From assembly GCA_030651175.1 (NCBI GenBank), contig JAUSCR010000015.1:1-42821 (forward strand): a stretch of 42,821 nucleotides of DNA. The letters run 5' to 3'. The DNA is from Dehalococcoidia bacterium (GTDB taxonomy: Bacteria; Chloroflexota; Dehalococcoidia; Lucifugimonadales; SHYF01). A program made the position numbers and the translations under genes. Shown one piece after another: positions 34,189 through 42,821 of the stretch (position 1 is its first letter; every line of letters starts with the position of its first letter). The notes beneath the pieces were generated by a model. It was not told the DNA's origin. It searched no databases and saw nothing but the letters and a program-made list of their open reading frames with translations.

Positions 34189-35433
34189 TCAGCCAGCTTT
34201 GCCGCTGGTCACTGGGAATGGGAGCAGCGCGACCAGCACAGCGGCCGCAAAGAACAAGGTGGCAACGTAGTAGAAGGTTTCCTGGCTGCCTAGCGCCCCG
34301 TAGATTGCGCCAGCGATGATTGGTGAGGCCCCGTCCAGCCAATGTCTCACGAAGGAGACTAGCCCCAGGGCTGTTGCCTCGACACCCTTTTGGACAGTGT
34401 CCAAGGCTCCCGCCAGAAAAGTGGCCTGAATTGAATACATGAACAGCCCCATGACCGCAACGACGATGGTCACACCCCAGCCCGTGGCAACTGTGACCAG
34501 CAGTACTGTCATTAGGCCGAGGAAGAACAGCGCAGGGACAAGAACCACCTTTCTGCCCAGTCGGTCGGAAAGGAATCCCAGGACAGGGGCGGAAAATATG
34601 CCCATAAAGGTGAGGAGGCCTAGGTGAAACCCCACTTGGGGTCCGCTCATGTCCAACTCCTCGGCGAGGTAGATGGTGAAAAAGGCGAAGAATGCGGTTT
34701 GGGCCATGCCTCGCAGCCCCATCGCCCCGATGACTAGAAGCAGTGTACGGCTCTTTAGAAGTCCCAGGGCCTTCCCTACCTGACCGCGGCCCCTGCCAGG
34801 TTCGTCCCCGCTGCCGGTCTCCAAGGTTCTGAAGGCCCAAATCGCCACTACCGAGAGCAGGAGGACCGGCATGGCGTAGATGCGGAAGACCTGCTGCCAG
34901 ACAAGGGCAGCCAATAGAAAACCCGTCACCACCGGGCCAACCACGTCTCCCACGTTGCCTCCCACGCCGTGAAGAGCCAGGGCCATGCCCCGCCGCTCGG
35001 TAAACCGCCGCGACAGCGAGGTCATGGCGAGCAGGTGCCACAGGGCCGGCGGCAGAGCTACCAGAACCATGCTTGCCGCCACCAGCGGATAGTTTGGTGC
35101 CAGGCTCAGCACGACGTACGCTGCGGCGATACAGCCGAGGCACCCTGCCAGCATCAGCCCCCACTGCCTGCGAAAGATGTCGAGCAGAATCCCTGCCGGC
35201 AGGGAGACGAGGCCGCTCACGAGATTCCGTATGGTGATGAGAAAACCTATCTGCACCGGGCTCAGACCTAGAGCCGTCTTGATGCTGGGGAGCACCACAT
35301 AAAAGCTCTGGGTATACCAGTGGAAGACACCGTGACCTCCGGCAAGACTAGCAAGTGCGAAGGCAGCAGTGTTCCGTATGTCCCCGGAACGCTTGACCGT
35401 TTCCGGTGTGGTCCTAAGCTGGTCGTTTGCCAT
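34189..35433 (-). CDS. MFS transporter
   Basis: 414 aa with about 12 TM helices. The motif is GILLDIFRRQWG. Confidence 0.85.
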   Translation of the reverse strand: MANDQLRTTPETVKRSGDIRNTAAFALASLAGGHGVFHWYTQSFYVVLPSIKTALGLSPVQIGFLITIRNLVSGLVSLPAGILLDIFRRQWGLMLAGCLGCIAAAYVVLSLAPNYPLVAASMVLVALPPALWHLLAMTSLSRRFTERRGMALALHGVGGNVGDVVGPVVTGFLLAALVWQQVFRIYAMPVLLLSVVAIWAFRTLETGSGDEPGRGRGQVGKALGLLKSRTLLLVIGAMGLRGMAQTAFFAFFTIYLAEELDMSGPQVGFHLGLLTFMGIFSAPVLGFLSDRLGRKVVLVPALFFLGLMTVLLVTVATGWGVTIVVAVMGLFMYSIQATFLAGALDTVQKGVEATALGLVSFVRHWLDGASPIIAGAIYGALGSQETFYYVATLFFAAAVLVALLPFPVTSGKAG

Positions 35434-35838
35434 AGATATCCTTTAGCCGGGATTCCCCGCTTCAACTTGTAGTGAGCTGATCATAGTCCGTCTTCGGTCT
35501 TGTCGCCAAGGATATGCCCATCGCATCTGACTGTCCAGGCTGCTCAGAACCCCCAAACAACCCGCGGCACCTTGGCCTCTCCCAATTCAGACATGCCCGT
35601 GCTTGTTCAATGGTGACAGCCTAGCGATGCTCTCGCTCTGGTCAACTACGGCCGATGAATAGGGCAGAGCGGCGTGGCGTGAACTGGGCGCTACGCACGT
35701 GACGGCGAACACCATGCGCGCTGGGTTCCGCTCCCTGGACCAGCATTTAGATGCCCTTCGCCGGTTTTGCGAGGCGGCCAGCGAATAGAGGGCGTCACGG
35801 AAAAGTTCTGAACCAGGATTAGCCGGGTGCGCCGCCTA

Positions 35839-36312
35839 TTAGGGCCGGCAGGCGAGGGGGCGTAGCAGGAATCGAGTTTTAGAATCTATCAAGTCCCATA
35901 GCCAGACGTTTTTCCCATCCAAGTCAATAACGGTTTCGTCTGCAACCCAGATTGAGTCGACAGCGGGCTTACACTTCGCGGCCTCATCTACTGCTAACCT
36001 GGTAAAGCGTCTCACCCAGTTGTACGGGGATGTGGGAGTGATGTAGTTATTGTCCTGCTGGATGAAGTTACGCCTTATCTCGGCTAGGGACATACCCTCA
36101 TAGTACATATTGAGCGCATCGGCAACATCCCGAATGGAAGTCTGCATCTTGGGAATGGCATCAGGATTGGCAAACTTCCGCTTACAGTCTTTGCAGAAGT
36201 ACCGTTGAACGCCCTTGAGCTTGCCGTACTTGATTACGTTGTCGGACTGGCAGTATTTACAAACTATGGCATCCAAATCAATGTCCCTCGTTCCCGGCCC
36301 CTGGCTCACCAT
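35839..36312 (-). pseudogene. truncated IS6-like transposase (Zn-ribbon + HTH + first catalytic Asp only)
   Basis: It has CKYCQS...YFCKDCKRKF, then YYEGMSLAEIRR...YNWVRRF, then WVADETVIDLDGKNVWLWDLIDSKTRFLL (DDE_IS240-like first Asp region). It stops after 157 aa, and the rest of the DDE domain is missing. Confidence 0.65.
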
Positions 36313-36386
36313 CGCCTTCTTTTCGGGCCTTGTGTATTGTTTCTCTTATCTCACGTAGTAGTTCTCTTGCCTCATCCCTGGCAACA

Positions 36387-36698
36387 TTAGCGGGCCTCAC
36401 TAATACGCTTATGAATAAACAACACCCCCAGCGCTAACACACCAGAGGCAAGCACAACATAGATAGCAAACGGCGTCAGCACTTTTGTGGCGAAATCAGC
36501 TAATGTCATAGGCGAGGCCGCCATGAACGCTTGAACGAATTGGGCTATTGGGAACACCATATAGTCCCAAAATGATTTCAAGCCCCATGCAGATGCACCT
36601 AGAGCAAGGCACAGAACTACTACTGTTGTTAGTGGCCTACCCAACTTCCCTAGCCGTTCTTCCATCACTCTAACCAGTCCAGGCAATAATTCTTCCAC
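36387..36698 (-). CDS. hypothetical small membrane protein
   Basis: 103 aa with 2-3 hydrophobic helices. It lies in the lower-GC patch next to the transposase remnant. No family is recognised. Confidence 0.45.
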   Translation of the reverse strand: MEELLPGLVRVMEERLGKLGRPLTTVVVLCLALGASAWGLKSFWDYMVFPIAQFVQAFMAASPMTLADFATKVLTPFAIYVVLASGVLALGVLFIHKRISEAR

Positions 36699-36788
36699 GA
36701 TAGCCCCCTACCTGAGTTTGGGGCCATTTTACCTCTCATTGCCGACCCCCGCCAACCGAGAGTGAGCAATAAGCGTTCAGATGAACCA

Positions 36789-36817
36789 TTGCAACCCACT
36801 CTACTGAGTGTTATAGT
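36789..36817 (+). promoter_or_regulatory. sigma70-like promoter immediately upstream of the MarR gene
   Basis: TTGCAA (36789-36794), a 17-nt spacer, then TATAGT (36812-36817). The annotated GTG start lies 6 nt downstream. Confidence 0.4.
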
Positions 36818-36823
36818 TCGCCT

Positions 36824-37309
36824 GTGAAACCGTTAGAATTGGAAAGTATTCCCGGCACTTCCCTGTCCGACTGCTCCGCGCAGCTTTTGGACGTGGTGCC
36901 CCTCATCATGCGCCGAATCCGGCGCGAGATGCGCCGCCACAGCATGCCCGGCCTGTCGGTCGCCCAGTTCCGAACCCTCATCTACCTCCAGCGCCACCCG
37001 GGCACTTCGCTTTCAGAGGTGTCCGATTTCCTGGGTCTAACCAACCCATCCGCCTCCAAGCTCGTAGACCGCTTGGTGATGGACAAGGCAGTCTCACGCC
37101 GCATAGCCCAGGACCGTCGCCGCATTAGCCTCTCACTCACCGAACGTGGCCAGACTGCCCTGGAGCTAGCCCGCCTGGAGGCACGCAACCAATTGGCCGA
37201 CAGTTTGAAAGAACTATCGCCAGAAGACCTGGCCACTGTTACGTCAGCATTGGATATCCTGGACAAAGCCTTTTCACCGGTGAACGCAATAGATGACCAT
37301 ATTAGTTAG
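36824..37309 (+). CDS. MarR-family transcriptional regulator
   Basis: 161 aa. The winged HTH is LSVAQFRTLIYLQRHPGTSLSEVSDFLGLTNPSASKLVDRLV...DRRRISLSLTERG. The start codon is uncertain (GTG 36824). Confidence 0.85.
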   Translation: MKPLELESIPGTSLSDCSAQLLDVVPLIMRRIRREMRRHSMPGLSVAQFRTLIYLQRHPGTSLSEVSDFLGLTNPSASKLVDRLVMDKAVSRRIAQDRRRISLSLTERGQTALELARLEARNQLADSLKELSPEDLATVTSALDILDKAFSPVNAIDDHIS

Positions 37310-39104
37310 ACTGATTGCCCTTGCCTTCGCCTACAAACGGCGTCTAGCACTGGCCTGGCTTTGTGTTATTGGCGCCGGAGCTTTTCTGCTCATCAACCCC
37401 AAGCTGCTGGGATGGGCCATTGACTTCGGTATCAAAACCCAGCACCAGGACCGCATCTGGGTGCTCCTGGCGGCGAGTTTAGCAATCCTGGGCGCCGCCG
37501 CTATGCGAGGCCTGTTCGCCTACGGCCAGCAGTACCTGGGAGAGTGGCTGTCCCAGCGAGTGGCCTACGATCTCCGCAACAACATATATAACCGCCTCCA
37601 GCGTCTCTCCTTTGCCTATCACGATAGTCACCAGACAGGTCAGCTCATGTCCCGGGCAACCCAGGACGTTGAGGCGGTGCAACGGTTCATACAGATGGGC
37701 GCTCTGAGGGCGGCGTACTTCGTGCTGGTCCTGGTGGCAGCTCTGGTCCTAATGCTTCTGGACAACTGGCGACTTGCCCTGGTGAGTTGGCCATTCCTGG
37801 TAGTTATCTCCGCTACCTCGGCCCGTTTCAACTTGATACAGCGGACCATATGGATGCGTGTGCAAGACGGCCTGGCCAGGCTCACCACCGTCCTCCAAGA
37901 GAGCCTCTCCGGCGTGCGTGTGGTGAAGGCCTTTGGCCGTGAGGAGCAGGAGATAGCGAAGTTCGACAAGGAGGCCCTAGCCCTCTTCAATGACTCATAC
38001 CACTCCAGCCGGCTTCAGGGTGTTTCTACTCCCGCCATCACCGGCCTCTGGATGCTGGGGATGGCTGCCACCATCTGGTTCGGCGGCAGGGAGATCGCGC
38101 TCGGACGGCTGACCCAGGGCCAACTGGCTAGCTTTGCCCTCTATCTGACGTTGCTGCAAATGCCAGTCCGCAGCCTGGGCTTTCTTATCACAGTAACGGC
38201 CCGGGCCTATTCCGCCGGCCAGCGCATCTTCGAAATCCTGGACGCCGAGTCGGTCGTAAAGGAATTGCCCAATGCGCCGGCGCTGGGTAGGGTCAGGGGC
38301 CATGTGCTATTCCAGAACGTCTCCTTCGGATACAACGCTGTCAGCCCCGTTCTCACTAACATCAACATAGATGCCCAGCCGGGACAGGTGGTCGCCCTGC
38401 TTGGCCCCACGGGCAGCGGAAAGACCACCATTGTGAACCTGTTGCCGCGGTTCTACGATGTAACCGATGGCCGCATAACTATTGATGGCACCGACATTCG
38501 CACCGTGACACTGGCCTCTCTGCGGCGGTGCATCGCCATAGTCCAGCAGGATGTCTTCCTCTTCTCAGCCACCATCCGCGACAACATCTCCTACGGCGCG
38601 CCCGGCGCCTCCCAGGAGCAGATCGAGCTAGCTGCTAAGGCGGCTCGCATCCACGACTTCATCGTGGGGCTGCCCCAAGGCTACGACACCTGGGTCGGCG
38701 AGCGTGGTATTACTCTATCCGGAGGCCAGAAACAGCGGGTCGCCATTGCCCGCACGCTGTTGCTAGACCCGCCCATCCTTGTTCTGGACGACTCCACCTC
38801 CAGCGTGGACACAGAGACGGAGTACCTCATCCAGCAAGCCCTTCAGGAGGTTATGAAAGGCCGCACCACCTTCGTTATCGCCCAGAGGCTCCGAACAGTG
38901 AAAATGGCCGACCAGATACTGGTGTTGAATAAGGGCCAGATGGTGGAGCATGGCCGCCACGAGGAGCTTATCCACCACAAAGGCTTCTACCAGCGAATCT
39001 ACGACCTGGAGCTGCGTGACCAGGAGGAGGCCCTATCTAAGAAGCAACCCCTTGTGCACCAGACCACATCACCGTCTCAGACACCGGCCCAGGAGATGTC
39101 ATGA
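37293..39104 (+). CDS. ABC exporter, fused permease/ATPase (half-transporter A)
   Basis: 603 aa with 6 TM helices. Walker A is GPTGSGKTT, the signature is LSGGQKQR and Walker B is ILVLDDSTS. Confidence 0.92.
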   Translation: MTILVRLIALAFAYKRRLALAWLCVIGAGAFLLINPKLLGWAIDFGIKTQHQDRIWVLLAASLAILGAAAMRGLFAYGQQYLGEWLSQRVAYDLRNNIYNRLQRLSFAYHDSHQTGQLMSRATQDVEAVQRFIQMGALRAAYFVLVLVAALVLMLLDNWRLALVSWPFLVVISATSARFNLIQRTIWMRVQDGLARLTTVLQESLSGVRVVKAFGREEQEIAKFDKEALALFNDSYHSSRLQGVSTPAITGLWMLGMAATIWFGGREIALGRLTQGQLASFALYLTLLQMPVRSLGFLITVTARAYSAGQRIFEILDAESVVKELPNAPALGRVRGHVLFQNVSFGYNAVSPVLTNINIDAQPGQVVALLGPTGSGKTTIVNLLPRFYDVTDGRITIDGTDIRTVTLASLRRCIAIVQQDVFLFSATIRDNISYGAPGASQEQIELAAKAARIHDFIVGLPQGYDTWVGERGITLSGGQKQRVAIARTLLLDPPILVLDDSTSSVDTETEYLIQQALQEVMKGRTTFVIAQRLRTVKMADQILVLNKGQMVEHGRHEELIHHKGFYQRIYDLELRDQEEALSKKQPLVHQTTSPSQTPAQEMS

Positions 39105-39132
39105 ATCAACTTTCTCATAGGGAGGGAGTCTA

Positions 39133-41085
39133 ATGGCCCGCATGGGCGGTTGGGGCGGCATGCACGGCGCGGGCGGAATGGGCATGGGAGGCCCCTGGCA
39201 CCGCGCAGCGGACGGTTGGTCCGACGATGACCTGGGCAAAGCCTACGACCACAAGGTAGTAGTACGCCTGATGGGCTATTTGCGCCCTTACAACGTGAGG
39301 GTCATCTTAGCCCTGATAGGCACCATTCTGTTCTCACTGACCTCCTACACTCAGCCGGCGCTCATTGGGTGGGCCACCGACAGAGCCATGGAAGGTAACC
39401 TCCACTCCCTGGCCATTATTGGCGTCGCCATGGTAGGCCTGGCGGCTGCCGCATGGGCCTCCTACTACATGTACATGACTGCCACCTCGTGGATGGGACA
39501 CAGGGTCCTCTACACCCTCCGCCATGAGATGTTCACCCATTTACAAAAGCTCTCCCTGAGCTTCTACGACCACAACGAGGTCGGCCGGGTGATGTCGCGC
39601 GTCCAGAACGATGTCACTGCATTGCAGGAGCTGGTGACATCTGGCTTTTTCACAATACTGGCAGACATCCTTGGCCTCTCAGTAGTGGTCTTCTGGCTCC
39701 TCAAGCTGGACATGGTTTTGGCGCTGGCAACCATGGCGGTAGTGCCTCTACTTCTGCTGGTGCTCTGGATATGGCAGCAGCGCGCCAAGCGGGCATTCAT
39801 CGGCGTACGCCAGACTATCGCTGTGGTGAACTCCAATCTTCAGGAGAACATATCCGGCGTTCGGGTAATCCAGGGCTTGAATCGCGAGGATGAGAACCTG
39901 CGTAAGTTCGATAAGGTGAACGCCGCCAACCTCAAGGCAAGCATCCACGTTGGCCAGCTTACCGCCGTGATAGCGCCCGCTGTAGAGATCTGTGTGGCCT
40001 TAGCCACGGGAGCGGTTATCATCTTCGGTGGCATACGTGTCCTCAACGGCGACGCAAGCATTGGTGTAGTGGTTTCGTTTGCCCTATTCGTGCAGCGATT
40101 CTTCGAACCCGTGCGGGAGCTGGTCATGCAATACACCCAGCTTCAGCGCGCCATGGCGGGGGGTCAGCGCATCTTTGAAGTCCTGGACACCAAGCCAGAG
40201 ATTACGGATAGGCCCAATGCCCCAAAGCTGCCACCCATCCGGGGCGAGATAACATTTGAGAACGTCAGTTTCAGCTATGTCTCAGGAGTACCGGTGCTGC
40301 ACGACATCAACCTACGCGTAGCGCCGGGGGAGACCATCGCTCTGGTTGGCCCAACCGGGAGCGGCAAGACCACCCTAACAGCCCTAATAGGCCGCATGTA
40401 CGATGTCACCTCCGGCTCCATCCGGATAGATGGCCTGGACATTCGCCAGGTCCAGCGGACCTCCCTTGCCCGGCAGATGGGAGTCGTTCTCCAGGACCCA
40501 TTCCTGTTCTCCGGAACAGTAAGAGACAACATCCGGTACGGTCGTCCCGAGGCCACGGACCAAGAGATTGTGCGGGCGGCCGAGGCAGTGGGCGTCCACC
40601 AGTTCATCCTTCAGCTTGAGGACGGGTACGATACCATCCTCCACGAGCGGGGACAGAACCTCTCTCTGGGCCAGCGCCAGCTCCTCAGCTTCGCCCGCGC
40701 CATCCTTGCCGACCCCCGAATCCTCATACTGGACGAGGCTACAGCCAACGTGGACAGCACTACCGAGGCCACCATCCAGCGGGCGCTAAAGCGCCTGCTA
40801 ATAGGACGCACCTCCTTCGTAATTGCACACCGGCTGTCCACCATCCGCGGCGCCGACCGCATAGTGGTACTGGAGGGTGGTCAGATAGTAGAAACTGGCA
40901 CCCACGATGAGCTGCTAACGCGCGAAGGGCTATACAGCCGCCTCTACCGGATGACTTACGAGTCCCGCGATGGTGTCGCTGCCAGCGGCAACGGCAACGG
41001 CCAGCAGCCCTTTCCCATATCGGCCAGCAGCAGCTTGCCCCCCGTCACTAATGACCCAGGCAATCCAACCATTGCGACTCAATAA
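39133..41085 (+). CDS. ABC exporter, fused permease/ATPase (half-transporter B) with a Gly/Met-rich N-terminal extension
   Basis: 650 aa with GGGAGGGAG before the ATG. Walker A is GPTGSGKTT, the degenerate signature is LSLGQRQL and Walker B is ILILDEATA. The N-terminus reads MARMGGWGGMHGAGGMGMGGPWH. Confidence 0.92.
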   Translation: MARMGGWGGMHGAGGMGMGGPWHRAADGWSDDDLGKAYDHKVVVRLMGYLRPYNVRVILALIGTILFSLTSYTQPALIGWATDRAMEGNLHSLAIIGVAMVGLAAAAWASYYMYMTATSWMGHRVLYTLRHEMFTHLQKLSLSFYDHNEVGRVMSRVQNDVTALQELVTSGFFTILADILGLSVVVFWLLKLDMVLALATMAVVPLLLLVLWIWQQRAKRAFIGVRQTIAVVNSNLQENISGVRVIQGLNREDENLRKFDKVNAANLKASIHVGQLTAVIAPAVEICVALATGAVIIFGGIRVLNGDASIGVVVSFALFVQRFFEPVRELVMQYTQLQRAMAGGQRIFEVLDTKPEITDRPNAPKLPPIRGEITFENVSFSYVSGVPVLHDINLRVAPGETIALVGPTGSGKTTLTALIGRMYDVTSGSIRIDGLDIRQVQRTSLARQMGVVLQDPFLFSGTVRDNIRYGRPEATDQEIVRAAEAVGVHQFILQLEDGYDTILHERGQNLSLGQRQLLSFARAILADPRILILDEATANVDSTTEATIQRALKRLLIGRTSFVIAHRLSTIRGADRIVVLEGGQIVETGTHDELLTREGLYSRLYRMTYESRDGVAASGNGNGQQPFPISASSSLPPVTNDPGNPTIATQ

Positions 41086-41143
41086 GTCCGACTCCATCAT
41101 GACTCTAGCCCTGGGGTCATAGCTTGACGTTGTCGGCACTCGA

Positions 41144-41200
41144 CCTAGCAGGCTGCTGAAGAAGGAGGGTCCAGAGGGGCGAAAGAGTTTTTCATAACCT
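41144..41200. repeat. family-2 repeat, internally deleted copy
   Basis: cctagcaggctgctgaagaaggagggtccagaggggcgaaag matches 27499-27540, with 37 of the 40 positions after the shared cc identical. It then joins directly to gagtttttc, which in the full copy occurs at 27711-27719. Confidence 0.6.
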
Positions 41201-41305
41201 TGGCCCAAATGTTGCTACTCCCGGCCAGACTCTTCAAACTTTCTTCAAGGTTTGCTGTTATAAATAGAGCATGAACAAAGCGCAGGAACCAAGGAGGCCT
41301 CAGAA

Positions 41306-41776
41306 ATGAAGAAGCGTTGGATTTTTGTCACTCTGCTTGTCGGGGCCCTGGCCATAGGCATCACAGGTGGCACCGTTCTGGCCCAGGGAAGCGCCGCGAC
41401 CGGTGATTCACCGGTCAAGAGTTTCGCAGCCCGCGTTGCCGCTATCCTCGGACTGGACGAGGCCAAAGTCCAGGGCGCGATGACCCAGGCAACCAAAGAC
41501 ATGGAGGCCGAGGCTCTGCAAAAGCAGCTCGATAACATGGTAGCCCAGGGACGGGTCACCCAGGAGCAGGCGGACCAACTCAAGAAGTGGTATCAGTCTA
41601 GGCCTGATGTCCTCTCTCCTGGAGGCCCAATGGGTAGAGGTCCAATGGGAGGGTTCGGAGGACGCGGTGGCCCCCGCGGCCATATGTTTGGAGGTCGAGG
41701 ATGGGACGGCATGGGCCCCAATCACGGCGTTACCCCGTCTCCCACTCCCACGAGTTCCGGGAACACCTCTTTCTAA
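41306..41776 (+). CDS. secreted helical protein with a Gly/Met/Arg-rich tail (CpxP/Spy- or DUF2680-like)
   Basis: 156 aa with AAGGAGG before the ATG. The Sec signal is MKKRWIFVTLLVGALAIGITGGTVLAQG. It has an LTxxQ-like motif (RVTQEQADQLKKW). The tail reads PGGPMGRGPMGGFGGRGGPRGHMFGGRGWDGMGP. Confidence 0.6.
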   Translation: MKKRWIFVTLLVGALAIGITGGTVLAQGSAATGDSPVKSFAARVAAILGLDEAKVQGAMTQATKDMEAEALQKQLDNMVAQGRVTQEQADQLKKWYQSRPDVLSPGGPMGRGPMGGFGGRGGPRGHMFGGRGWDGMGPNHGVTPSPTPTSSGNTSF

Positions 41777-41876
41777 GATCTGTGGCCCGGACCGCATTGA
41801 GGGACGGGGCATGGCCCCGTCCCTCCCTATGTAGCACTGTCGCAAGGAGCGCAACCCACTAGCTAAAGGTGATAGT

Positions 41877-42566
41877 GTGCCAAGTACAGTCCTGATAGTG
41901 GAGGATGACCCCAACACAGTCGAACTGGTCCGCCTGTATCTGGGCCGCGATGGCCACAAGGTGCTGGAGGCTTCAGATGGCATTGAAGGCTTGCGCTTGG
42001 CCCGAGAAGCACATCCCGAGTTGGTTGTCCTTGACCTGATGCTGCCGGGACTCGACGGCATGGAGGTGTGCCGCATCCTCAGAGCGGAGTCGGATGTGCC
42101 AATAGTCATGCTTACGGCCCGCGTAGAGGAGGAGGACCGACTGGCCGGCCTGGACATGGGAGCCGACGATTACGTCACCAAGCCATTTAGCCCCAGGGAA
42201 CTGGCGGCCCGCATACGGGCTGTGCTGCGCCGAACGACCAAGGGAGATGTGGACCGTGGACCCGCCGAGCTACGGCACGGGGACATAACGGCAAACCTCC
42301 GCCTCCGCGCAGTAACCGTTGGGAAAACAGCAGTGCGCCTCACCCCCACTGAGTTCCGGCTCCTGGTCTTGCTTATGCGCGAGCCTGGCAGGACATTCAC
42401 CAGAGAAGAAATCATGGACAAAGTTTTTGGCTACGACTTCGATGGTTTTGACAGGACAGTGGACGCCCACGTCTCCAATCTTCGCCGCAAGCTAGAGGCA
42501 GACCCCCAGAAGCCCCGCTACATTCACACAATTTATGGCATGGGGTACAGGTTCGGCGATGCATAG
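41877..42566 (+). CDS. OmpR/PhoB-family response regulator
   Basis: 229 aa with a GTG start. It reads VLIVEDD, VVLDLMLPGLDG and KPF, with a C-terminal winged helix (LTPTEFRLLVLLMREPGRTFTRE...YIHTIYGMGYRF). Confidence 0.92.
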   Translation: MPSTVLIVEDDPNTVELVRLYLGRDGHKVLEASDGIEGLRLAREAHPELVVLDLMLPGLDGMEVCRILRAESDVPIVMLTARVEEEDRLAGLDMGADDYVTKPFSPRELAARIRAVLRRTTKGDVDRGPAELRHGDITANLRLRAVTVGKTAVRLTPTEFRLLVLLMREPGRTFTREEIMDKVFGYDFDGFDRTVDAHVSNLRRKLEADPQKPRYIHTIYGMGYRFGDA

Positions 42567-42821
42567 CTGGTTCTTCAGCCTCCAGTTCCGGTTGATCCTG
42601 GGCTTCACCCTGGTGCTGGCCCTTGCCCTGGGCAGCATCAGTTGGTACGTTGGGTTTGCTGCGCAGCGAGAAGTGGAGCACCTCCAGCAAGAGGTTGAGG
42701 CGGGCAGGGCTAAGCGCGTAGAGCAACTCGTCTCACGTTACTACGCTGCCCGGCAGTGGACCGACCTTCAGCCTACTGTCGAGCAGGCCGGCGCCCTCTA
42801 TGGCTGGCGCATCGTGGTCAC
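42559..42821 (+). CDS. sensor histidine kinase, N-terminal part (runs off the window end)
   Basis: The ATG at 42559 overlaps the regulator stop (ATGCATAG). It reads MHSWFFSLQFRLILGFTLVLALALGSISWYVGF (a TM helix). Its position is typical of the cognate kinase. Confidence 0.7.
   Translation, partial: MHSWFFSLQFRLILGFTLVLALALGSISWYVGFAAQREVEHLQQEVEAGRAKRVEQLVSRYYAARQWTDLQPTVEQAGALYGWRIVV

Noticed and set aside
34787-34797. A 10-nt match (gcccctgcca) to the 3' end of tRNA-Trp, considered as a possible attR of the island.
   Set aside because: It lies in the middle of an intact MFS coding sequence, the match is short and GC-rich, and there is no extended similarity on either side.
35860-35866. 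The sequence tagcagg at the truncation point of the IS6-like transposase, identical to the first 7 nt of the family-2 MITE terminal repeat.
   Set aside because: It is only 7 nt. About five chance occurrences are expected in 2 x 42.8 kb, and no further similarity to the MITE follows.

Overview
This is a GC-rich bacterial chromosomal window. Hand counts give about 60% GC in core genes and 38-52% in three short patches. I saw no rRNA genes and no CRISPR array.

Layout by region:
- 1-6176 (minus strand): a tightly packed housekeeping array, dprA, topA, xerC-like, aroQ, pepP and efp. The efp gene runs off the window.
- 6258-7184: a low-GC orphan gene with a PD-(D/E)xK nuclease signature, then two tandem tRNA-Ser genes.
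- 7421-10109 (plus strand): glmU and a CNNM/CorC-type protein.
- 10324-14060 (minus strand): yacL-like PIN/TRAM, ispD, ispF and cysS.
- 14475-17037 (plus strand): a UbiD-family decarboxylase, two small membrane proteins and a truncated RidA remnant.
- 16966-23320 (minus strand): a Rieske / cytochrome b6 / subunit IV-triheme cytochrome c complex, followed by a NarL-class sensor kinase and its response regulator. The kinase periplasmic domain carries a CxxCH heme-c motif.
- 23321-24492: a 1.17-kb AT-rich spacer.
- 24493 onward: tRNA-Trp, then a decayed integrase, an internally deleted IS3-type element and accessory-looking cargo. The cargo is a dienelactone hydrolase, a radical SAM enzyme with CX4CX2C spacing, F420-type LLM and PPOX oxidoreductases, two MFS transporters and metF.
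- 35839-36698: a truncated IS6-like transposase and a small membrane protein.
- 36824-42821 (plus strand): a MarR regulator, a heterodimeric ABC exporter, a CpxP/Spy-like secreted protein, an OmpR-type regulator and the start of a kinase.

Several structured intergenic repeat families (MITE-like) are present.

I found no clear, complete novel multi-gene system. The best leads are the heme-sensor kinase plus the unusual bc-complex module, and the radical SAM / F420 gene neighbourhood in the relic island.

All calls come from reading motifs by eye. No database search was run. Gene content is compatible with a Chloroflexota-like or other Terrabacteria genome, but that is inference only.
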